Part shown: positions 13,777 to 23,498 of the stretch, piece after piece
Layout of the letters: every line of letters starts with the position of its first letter
Numbering within the stretch: the stretch's first letter is position 1
Source of the DNA: Octopus sinensis
Taxonomy: Eukaryota
Reading direction: 5' to 3'
Assembly (NCBI RefSeq): GCF_006345805.1
Contig: NC_043026.1
Location: forward strand, 9,486,001 to 9,550,000
Length of the DNA stretch: 64,000 bases
Notes under the pieces: model-generated
What the model saw: only the letters and a program-made list of their open reading frames with translations
Told to the model about the DNA's origin: nothing
The model's database searches: none
Position numbers and translations under genes: made by a program

Positions 13777-15280
13777 TTCTTAAACCTACACGATATAGTC
13801 TATAAATTTTGGATGTTTTTGAAAGATAATATATTTTGTCATCAGAATATATATACTTTCTCACACTACAATTAAGATATATTTATTTTAAATCGTTCAT
13901 CTTTCCCGTGACAACAAAAATTGGGCGCGAAAATTTTTCTAAATATTAGCGGAATGAACAACTGAGATAAAGAGGGGGCAAAGAGAGATCAGAAAAAAAA
14001 TTAGAACCTCACACCACCACCGCCGCCGCGTAATTCAAAGTTGTTCATTTTGATATGTCTCAAGAGACATGATGGACTTTTAAATGGAGATTGAGAAAAA
14101 TTGTTTCAATTAGAAAAGCAACATTTCTAGAAAATAGTAAATTGAAGTGTGAACACAGCACCTTACAGAGTATAAGTATATGACATTTATTTTAAAATTT
14201 AACTTCATTTGTTTTATATTCTAAATAATTTGCAATTTCAAAAATATATTAATTTTGCGTTTTTTAATTTGATAAATTCTACGGAATAATTTTGCGCATT
14301 TTTTGATAAATTCTACGGAAAGAATTTAGTGCGAAAAATTTATACATTTATACACAAAGACCTGTTGAGGCAAGCGAAGTTGATATCGAACCTCATCCCA
14401 CGACAGGCACCCATGCCAACCCCCTTTGCTTGCGAAGACATGTTGGGGCAAGTGTGGCACCTGGCAGATGCCAGGACCCCTGGACTGGTGGTACGTAAAA
14501 AGCACTATCCGAATCGTGGCCGATGCCAGAGCCGCCTCGACTGGCACCAATCCGACCGTGGCCGTTGCCAGCCTCGCCTGGCACCTGTGCGGGTGGCATG
14601 TAAAAAGCACCCACTACACTCTCGGAGTGGTTGGCGTTAGGAAGGGCATTCAGCTGTAGAAACATTGCCAGATAAGACTGAAGTCTGGTGCAGCCTTCTG
14701 GCTTCCCAGATCCCCGGTCGAACCGTCCAACCCATGCTGGCATGGAGAACGGACGTTAAACGATGATGATGATGAGAAGAAATTAATTCATTAAGTTTAC
14801 CAAATTATATACGTCTGTAAAAAAAAAAAAGGTTCACAAATTATATACGTTCGCATTTGTGTAAAAAAATTATTATTCAAGTTTTATAAATTATTTACTT
14901 TGTTCAAAAAATATTATTAATATTAATTAATTTTCAAGAATTATTTAATTTATATAATTAATTCATTAATTTTATTCTGTAAAATAGTAATTAATTCATT
15001 TATCTGTAAATCCGCGAGGAAAGCGACTATGTAATTTTTTGTGTAAAATTGAAAATGTTATATATACACACACACACACATATATATTTTTAGTGAAATC
15101 CAACACCTTTTTGTCTTAAAAAGCAGAAAGGTATCTAAAAAATCCGTATTTTTTTTGGGGGGGGGGTTAACGCGCATGCGCAAGTCACCTCGTAGGATCT
15201 CGAGTATCGAGTACGTAGGTCTGGCGTGCGCGCGCGAATTCGCGTGTGCGAAACCGGGACCACTACACTTGACAAGTACC
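13492..15280. mobile_element. Non-autonomous DNA transposon with ~115-bp imperfect TIRs (GGTACTTGTCAAGTGTAGTGGTCCCGG...)
   Basis: The left end at 13492 and right end at 15280 are reverse complements and are flanked by (TA)n. There is no transposase ORF. The interior has a second inverted pair (~13624-13672 / ~13973-14021) and an RTE-3'UTR insert (~14355-14775). Superfamily not assignable by eye. Confidence 0.8.
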
Positions 15281-15974
15281 TATATATACATATATACGAC
15301 GGGCTTCTTTCAGTTTCCGTCTACCAAATCCACTCACAAGGCTTTGGTCGGCCTGAGGATATAGTAGAAGACATTTGCCCAAAGTGCCATGCAATGGGAC
15401 TGAACCCGGAACCATGTGGTTGGTAAACAAGCTACTTACCACACAGCCACTCCTGTGCCTTGCCTGTATATTTATTTTTAAATGTGAATGTGTAATTGGA
15501 GTTTACAAATATGTTAGCTTCACATAAGATGTAAATTTTAATAAACTTAAAATTCTGTTGTTCAGGTAAATGTTTATTTCTACAGTTTATCTTTATGGAA
15601 ATGTTGAATCAGAGTTTTTAAGTAGCCTCTATATCTTACACTGTTGTTTCTACATTCTTTCAGAATATCAGATGACATTGGCATAACTGAAGATACATTC
15701 TCATTATTTATCATCTTTTAAAGACCAAAATATTGTACAGAACAGATGTATAAGATTGTTTCTGAAAATGTGTCGTAGAATTCCACTTTGAAATGTGTTC
15801 TTAGCAAACTTTCTGGACTTCACTGGCTGGAGTGTCTACAAGATGTGTCTGTGTGGAATTTAAACTTGGATAAATTTACTGGACAGAAATACAGCAGTTG
15901 AAATATTTGTAAACAAAACAGTGTAGAGGCAAAGAGAAGGAAAAAATATATCTATTGTGATTTTCAAGAAAAAA

Positions 15975-17884
15975 ATGGAAAATAGTGAGGAACCGAAGGA
16001 TTTGACTTTTCTAGAAGACAAAGTGAAGAAGAGACGTATATTGTCACATAAACGTGATGTCTGTAAAAAGTCCTTCTCTGAAAAGGGTAACTTGAATAAG
16101 CAGAAATGTATTCATACAGGTGAAAAGCCATTTCACTGTGACATTTGTGGTAAATCATTCTCTACAAATAGCAAATTGACTATACACAAACGTATTCATA
16201 CAGGAGAGATGCCATTTCACTGTGAAATCTGTGGTAAATCATTCTCTCAAAAAATGGAGTTGATTTCACACCAACGGTTCATACAGGAGAGAAGCCATTT
16301 CACTGTGACATCTGTGGTAAATCGTTCTCTCACAGTAGTACTTTAACTGATCATAAACGTATTCACACAGGAGAGACACCATATTCTTGTAATATCTGCA
16401 GTAAATCATTTTCTAGCAGCAGTTCTTTGACTGCTCACAGACGTGTTCATACAGGAGAGAAACCATATCACTGTGACATCTGCAACAAATCTTTTTGTGT
16501 CAGTAGTCAGCTAACTTCTCATAAACGTATTCATACAGGGGAGAAGCCATATCACTGCAACATCTGTAACAAATCTTTCTCTCGGAGTAATAACCTAATT
16601 ACTCATAAACGTATTCATACAGGGGAGAAGCCATTTCACTGTGTCATCTGTGGTAAATCATTCTCTGACCGAAGTACTTTCATTTCTCACAAGCGTGTTC
16701 ATACAGGAGAGAAGCCATATCAGTGTAACATCTGTAGTAAATCATTCTCTCAACAAGGTGGCTTGGTTAGGCACAAACATATTCATTCAGTTGACACACC
16801 ATATTCTTGTAATATCTGTGGCAAATCGCTCTCATGCAAAAGCAGTTTAACTTCTCACAAACGTATTCATACGGGTGAGAAGCCATATTGCTGCAACATC
16901 TGTAACAAGTCTTTCTCTGTAAGTTGTAATCTGACTATTCACAAGCGTATTCATAGAGGAGAGACACCTTATTCTTGTGATATCTGTGGTAAATCATTCT
17001 TTCAACTTGGCAACTTAGCTACCCATAAACGTATCCATACAGGAGAGAAGCCATACCACTGTGATATCTGTGGTAAATCATTCTGTACAAGTTACGAATT
17101 GCTTGTACACAAACGTATTCATACAGGAGAGAAGCCCTTTCACTGTGATGTCTGTGGTACATCATTCTCTCAACAGAGTGCTTTAAATTCACACACGATT
17201 GTTCATACAGGGGAAAAGCGATTTCGCTGTGACATTTGTGGTAAATCATTGTCTACAAATAACAATTTGACTAGACACAAACGTATTCATACTGGCGAGA
17301 AGCCATATCACTGTGTCATCTGTGGTAAATCTTTCTCTGACCAAAGTGCTTCCAATTCTCACAAACGCATTCATACAGGAGAGAAGCCATATCAGTGTAA
17401 CATCTGTAGTAAATCATTCTCATGTAGTAGTGCTCTCGCTTCTCACAAACGTACACATACAAGAGAAAAACCATATTCTTGTAATATATGTGGTAAATCA
17501 TTCCCTCGCAACACCGCTTTAACTTATCATAAACGTATTCATACAGGTGAGAAGCCATACCATTGTGATATCTGTGGTCTATCATTTTCTGGAAGTACTT
17601 CTTTGACTATGCACAAGCGTATTCATACAGGAGAGAAGCCATATCACTGTGATATCTGTGGCAAATCATTCTCTCAGAGTAGCGCTTTAACTGGTCACAA
17701 GCGTATTCATACAGGGGAGAAGCCATATCACTGCGATATCTGTGGCAAATCATTTTCTCTAAGTACTTATTTAATTAGTCACAAGCGTATTCATACAGGA
17801 GAGAAGCCATATCCCTGTGATAGCTGTGGCAAATCATTCTCTCGTAGTAGTGCCTTAACTTCTCACAAGCGTATTCATACATGA
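15975..17884 (+). CDS. C2H2 ZNF copy 2, 22 finger units (636 aa if one 1-bp deletion is corrected)
   Basis: ORFs 15957-16346 and 16427-17884 join by restoring one T at 16276/16277 (CCAACG[T]GTTC in paralogs). AATAAA at 18251. Confidence 0.85.
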
Positions 17885-17915
17885 GAAAACCTTTTCTCTG
17901 TGAGTGGTGACTGAA

Positions 17916-18134
17916 CCCTTTACCATGCAGGTTATTCTGTCGAATGTGATGTTTATTTATTCACATTATTTTCAACTTGTCTTACATTATCTCACAGCTT
18001 TCAAGTTTTTACGATATGATTGTTTGTATTTAAATGACATTGTAGGGTAGGTGCAAGAGGCCAACTCTGGCTAGTTTGACCATAAGATAGATAGAAAATT
18101 TGGACCAGGTATGGCCACTTTAAATGCTAAAGAG
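17916..18134. mobile_element. Degenerate piggyBac-like MITE at the start of the ZNF 3' UTR (present in each full unit)
   Basis: Ends are (TGAA)CCCTTTACCATGCA ... AATGCTAAAGAG(CTAA). A related copy ending AATGCTAAAGGG-TTAA lies at ~56589-56798. Confidence 0.4.
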
Positions 18135-18810
18135 CTAACCCTACAAGTAACAACATTTCTTACTTCCTACAAGACCATAGGGGACCATTTTTGACTGTCA
18201 TTGAAAATCACATTTAATACAATTTATTTTAAATATCAGCAAATGCATTGAATAAAGGATTTGAAAATACATTCTTTTAGCATTTATTTACATGTGAAAA
18301 ATATATATCTATGCACATATACTTGATATGATGCTCATGATTGCACATTCAATACAGTTGTAGAAATTGAAAAGTAATAAGCAGAATTGGTGAAAAATGA
18401 CCGCTCGGTACTTCTGCTGTTAACTAAATGTGTATCTATTCATATAGATGTATGACTATCAATGTGACAATTCATAAGAACAATAAGCATTTTGAGCTTC
18501 TAAAATTGTGGTAGTGTTGTGGGCTTTCTCCATGGCATTAACCAAACTATTCATCAGGGAATTGTTGTAATTGTGGAAGTTCCTTCTATACCAAAACATA
18601 AAGAATAAGGGACACTCTCTCTAACTATAAATGTAATCACACAGGAGAGGAGATAGAGCTGTGTGTGATAACAGCCTCCTAACTCCAGAGTTTATTTCAC
18701 CACATCTCAGGTAACTCACCTGTGGGATATTTTTTTTTTATTAAAAGCAACTTTTGTGTAGGTTTTAAATTTTGTCTTGCATGAATTTTAAGAATCTGTT
18801 AAAACCAATA

Positions 18811-19222
18811 GGTGTGGCCGTGTGGTATGAACCTTGCTTCCTAAGCAAGGCGGCCAGCTGGCAGAACCGTTAGCATGCTGGGCGAAACGCTTTGCGGTAA
18901 TTCATCTGCCGCTAACGTTCTGAGTTCAAATACGGTTGAGGTTGACTTTGCCTTTAATCCTTTCGGGGTCGATTAAATAAGTACCAGTTACGCACTGGGG
19001 TCGATATAATCGACTTAATTCGTTTGTCTTTCCTTGTTTGTCCTCTCTGTGTTTAGCCCCTTGTGGGTAGTAAAGAAATAGGTATGAACCTTGCTTCCCA
19101 ACTGCATGCTTCTGGGATCAGTCCCACTACATGGCACCTTATGCAAGTCTATTCTACTAGAACACTAAGCCGAACAAACCCTTGTGAGTGGATTTTTTAG
19201 AGGGAAACTGAAAGAAACCCAA
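18811..19222 (+). mobile_element. SINE family B relic interrupted by a SINE family C insertion (18842-19080) with an 18-bp TSD
   Basis: GGTATGAACCTTGCTTCC at 18824-18841 and 19081-19098. The same nest occurs at ~9155-9554, 28509-28920, 36307-36720 and 44144-44545. Confidence 0.8.
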
Positions 19223-19257
19223 CATTTATATTTGTCTTCCTGGCTATTAATCTTTAA

Positions 19258-19464
19258 CCCTTTCGTTACTAACCGGCTCTGGCTCTGATTACAAATGTCT
19301 TGTTTCCATAAGTTTTGAATACAAATCTTCCACCAAATCTTAGTCACAATTTATGCTCCTAACACTAGCTGAATGATAACTAAGTTATTTTACTAAATTC
19401 TTTGTTATATTTAAAGTAATTGAAAGAAACAGAGCATCTCAAAATAAATACAGTAACGAAAGGG
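19258..19464. mobile_element. piggyBac-like MITE (13-bp TIR CCCTTTCGTTACT, TTAA-type target)
   Basis: TTAA|CCCTTTCGTTACT ... AGTAACGAAAGGG|TTCA. Orthologous copies at ~9603-9808, 28956-29160, 36754-36960 and 44595-44801. Confidence 0.75.
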
Positions 19465-19619
19465 TTCAATTATTACAAATGAGAAAATACATGAAGCCAA
19501 GTGAAATTGCAAGCACTGAAGATACTAGTTTCTCTTCCGGACCACCAGTCATTATATAAGGAATGGTCCTTACCGTTTTTGTGCAGAGAGAAAGAAGGAG
19601 AGATGGAGATGAGATCAGG

Positions 19620-20789
19620 ACAACTGATGCTGCCCAGCACACAGAACCAAACCAGGAAGATGCTACAGAATTTCAACTGTGATACAACTTCCACCGTTCC
19701 AGATAGAGTTTGTTAAAACTTGCCAAACCTGTTACTTCACAATATGTAAGACATTTGCCATGTATTTTTATAAAGGGTTGTAATAAATAAATCGCATTGA
19801 ATTTACGTGGTTCTTCTTGTCATTCTTTTGTATTCGGTAACTCCAGGCAGACAGACTAGACCAGTGAATGCATAACAACACACAGGTACATCAAGATGAA
19901 CCAGCCACAGTTAACTCGCAAGCAAAACTCATAACCAATGCTACAGAATTTCAACTGTGATACAACTCCCACTGTTCCAGATAGAGTTCGTTAAAACTCA
20001 ACACCCCCTACACTCTAATCATGCTTCCTTTGCAGTATCCTATTCCTTTACTACCCACAAGGGGCTAAACACAGAGAGGAATCAAACAAGGACAGACAAA
20101 GGGATTAAGTCGATTACATCGACTCCAGTGCGTAACTGGTACTTATTTAATCGACCATGAAAGGATGTCGACCTCAGCGGAATTTGAACTCAGAGCCTAA
20201 CGTTCCTGCCAGCTCGCCACATTTACAGTATCCTGTCCCTTATATTATGACGTTTGAACCTTAAGGGTATGTCCTGGCCCTTGCCACCATCTATATCTCT
20301 TTCTTCCCTTACTCAACGATCCCCATTTATGTTCTGATCCCCTCCCTAGTGAATACGCCCATCATTTTGCCACTATCTCCATCGTGTTGTCTCCCACCCT
20401 CTATCTCCTTCTCCTGCATTTCCCTCAGGCTGGGTAACCATGTATCTCCTTTGTGGCGGCACACCTGTTTCTGTCTTCATCCTCATCTCTCTCTCTCTCT
20501 CTGGCCTGGTAAACTTGTACTTCCTCTACAGCAACGGACAGATCACAACAACAGATGCTGCCCAACACACAGAACCAAGCCATGAACATGCTACAGAATT
20601 CAACTGTGATACAACTCCCACTGTTCCAGATAGAGTTCGTTAAAGCTTGCTAAACCTGTTACTTCACAATATGTAAGACATTTGCCATGTATTTTTATAA
20701 GGGGTTGTAATAAATAACAGTCCTAGATCTTCTTGTCATTTGTTTATACATGGTAACTCCAGGGACACCGACTACACCAGTTAATGCAT
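19620..20789 (+). repeat. ~250-bp direct repeat pair (19620-19875, 20548-20789) plus a 60-bp partial third copy (19938-19998), repeated in every unit
   Basis: Shared core GATGCTGCCCA.CACACAGAACCAA...ATGCTACAGAATTTCAACTGTGATACAAC...GTTGTAATAAATA. Confidence 0.8.
20046..20218 (-). mobile_element. SINE family C relic, antisense to the copy at 18842-19080
   Basis: CTTTACTACCCACAAGGGGCTAAACACAGAGAGG is the reverse complement of the + copy 3' end; present in all units. Confidence 0.75.
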
Positions 20790-20820
20790 GATCCAGAATG
20801 ATTAGAATTTAATTTTTGTC

Positions 20821-21098
20821 AGCGTCGCCTGACTGGCGTCTGTGTCGGTGACACATAAAAGCACCAACCGATCGTGGCTGTTTGCCAGCCTGCTCTGGCT
20901 CCTGTGCCGGTGGCAAGTAAAAATCACCCACTGCACTCACGGAGTGGTTGGCGTTAGGAAGGGCATCCAGCTGTAGAAACACTGCCAAATCAGACAAGAG
21001 GCTGGTGCAGCCTCTATGGCTTACCAGACCCCGGTCGAACCGTCCAACCCATGCTAGCACTTAAAACGGACGTTAAACGATGATGGTGATGATGATGA
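20821..21098 (+). mobile_element. RTE-LINE 3'-UTR/tail fragment
   Basis: CACTCACGGAGTGGTTGGCGTTAGGAAGGGCATCCAGCTGTAGAAAC...GGACGTTAAACGATGATG matches the reverse complement of ~1453-1630. Also at ~11160-11420, 30518-30795, 38298-38575 and 46147-46413. Confidence 0.8.
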
Positions 21099-21526
21099 TA
21101 TATATATATATATAAACACACACGTTAATGATGGGCAGAAGTTACAGAGTGACAATGGCCAAATTCGTGTTTCATGAGTGCCAATACATGAAACTCTCAG
21201 CTTTTGACTTACTCTCAAACTTCTGCCGATGATATATATATATACACGTACGTATAGGTGTCAAAAAATCTCATCACGCAATCAAACCAATGAAAGAGCC
21301 TCTACCTGGCCGCTCGACACGCTAAAAATAGCAGCCAAAGTATCCCCCTGCCAAAATCACACGTCAGATTGAATCGATCCAGTAGGCAGGGTGCACCTTT
21401 TCTACGTATGCCGAAACTACGGGGAAGTCGACTGTGCCTTTTACCGTTTCGGGGTCAGTTTTGCCTTTCGCCTTTTTTGGCGGGTCAATAAAATAAATTA
21501 CCAGTTGACTACTAAGGTTCGTTAGT

Positions 21527-21896
21527 GGAGGCGCAATGGCCCAGTGGTTAGGGCAGCGGACTCGCGGTTTCGATTCCCAGACCGGGCGTTGTGAGTGTTT
21601 ATTGAGCGAAAACACCTAAAAGCTCCACGAGGCTCCGGCAGGGGATGGTGGTGATCCCTGCTGTACTCTTTCACCACAACTTTCTCTCACTCTTACTTCC
21701 TGTTTCTGTTGTACCTGTATTTCAAGGGGCCGGCCTTGTCACTCTCTGTGTCACGCTGAATATCCCAGAGAACTACGTAAAGGGTACACGTGTCTGTGGA
21801 GTGCTCAGCCACTTACACGTTAATTTCACGAGCAGGCTGTTCCGTTGATTCGGATCAACCGGAACCCTCATCGTCGTAACCGACGGAGTTTTTCCA
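21527..21896 (+). mobile_element. tRNA-derived SINE family A with perfect 12-bp TSD, inserted in a SINE C-like tail
   Basis: ACTAAGGTTCGT at 21511-21522 and 21900-21911. Confidence 0.85.
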
Positions 21897-21988
21897 TCCA
21901 CTAAGGTTCGTGTAATCGACTTAGGCACCCCCCCTCTCCTCACCGAAATTGCTGGCCTTGTGACAAAATGTGAAATGAATGATTCATA

Positions 21989-22156
21989 CGCATGCGCACT
22001 AAACGTATTTCCGGCTCAATTCCTGAAATCTCTGCGCACATGTCTGGTGCCAGAATTTCTCTCAATTCACTCCCAAACACATTTATAATACATTTCTCAA
22101 CCACCTGAAGCACTTCTAACAACAACACCATCCTTTATAAAGACATTTCCGTAAGT
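21989..22156 (+). promoter_or_regulatory. Putative promoter, non-coding exon 1 and donor of ZNF copy 3
   Basis: CGCATGCGCA at 21989-21998; CC|GTAAGT at 22151; acceptor TTTCTTTATTATTTCAG| at 23197. Confidence 0.6.
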
Positions 22157-22583
22157 ATTAAACAACGAAATCGTTTAATCTTTCAATACTTTGGTGTTTT
22201 AGATGTCCTTTGATGTGTGCGACATTTGGCTGCTATTTCTAGCTATGGCGGCAACCTCCTACACGCTCCATCGTTTCCCCATGTGTTTTTCCCACCCACT
22301 ACGAATCCCGATCTTGTCTCCAATGAGTGTAGTGGGTGCTTCTTACGTGCCACCGGCCCTGGGGCCAGGCGAGGCTGGCAGCGGACACGAACGGATGGTG
22401 CTTTAACGTGCCACCGGGGCGGGGGCCAGGCGGCGCCGGCAGCGACCACGATCGGATGGTTCGCTTAACCACTGCTGCAACTTCCACTGATGTTGATCGA
22501 CCTCGATTTTGGTTCTGCTTTCTGATATCTGATTTCATTTCCTTTGATTTTGATTGTTCTCACTGTGTGTGTGTGTGTGTGTG

Positions 22584-22789
22584 TACTCTTTACTCTTTTA
22601 CTTGTTTCAGTCATTTTGACTGCGGTCATACTGGAGCACCGCCCTTTTAATCGAGCAACTCGACCCCGGGACTTATACTTTTGTAAGCCCAGTACTTATT
22701 CTATGGGTCTCTTTTGCCGATCCGCCAAGTAACGGGGACATAAGCACACCAGCATCGGTTATCAAGCAATGCTAGGGGGACAAACACAA

Positions 22790-22828
<39 letters not shown>

Positions 22829-22987
22829 CGACGGGCTTCTTTCAGTTTCCGTCTACCAAATCCACTCACAAGGCTTTGGTCGGCCTGAGGATATACTAGA
22901 AGACACTTGCCCAAAGTGCCATGCAATGGGACTGAACCCGGAACCATGTGGTTGGTAAACAAGCTACTTACCACACAGCCACTCCTG
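22584..22987 (-). mobile_element. SINE family B in intron 1
   Basis: Full-length reverse complement of 52206-52614; also at 32385-32778, 40129-40534 and 48132-48290 (cut by the gap). Confidence 0.85.
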
Positions 22988-23498
22988 TGCCTTGCGTGTA
23001 TATTTATTTTTAAATGTGAATGTGTAATTGGAGTTTACAAATATGTTAGCTTCACATAAGATGTAAATTTTAATAAATTTAAAATTCTGTTGTTCAGGTA
23101 AATGTTTATTTCTACAGTTTATCTTTATGGAAATGTTGAATCAGTATTTTTTTAAGTAGCCTCTATATCTTACACTGTTGTTTCTTTATTATTTCAGAAT
23201 ATCAGATCACATTGGCATAACTGAAGAGACGTTCTCATTATTTATCATCTTTTAAAGACCAAAATATTGTACAGAACAGATGTATAAGATTGTTTCTGAA
23301 AATGTGTCGTAGAATTCCACTTTGAAATGTGTTCTTAGCAAACTTTCTGGACTTCACTGGCTGGAGTGTCTACAAGATGAGTCTGTGTGGAAATTAAACT
23401 TGGATAAATTTACTAGAGAGTATTCAGACGAAAGTATCACTGGACAGAAATACAGCAGTTGAAATATTTGTAAACAAAACAGTGTAGAAGCAAAGAGA

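Larger units (their letters stand above)
12925..15455 (-). mobile_element. tRNA-derived SINE family B (CORE-like body, central (TA/CA)n, AAAGAGTA tail), split here by two insertions
   Basis: Reverse complement of the intact + copy at 52206-52614. The two halves (12925-~13120 and ~15281-15455) are separated by inserts in the central microsatellite. Confidence 0.75.

Noticed and set aside
19501-19716. Small ORF ...MLQNFNCDTT(S/P)TVPDRV recurring in each unit
   Set aside because: Recurrence is explained by segmental duplication, and indels shift its frame in units 1, 2 and 5
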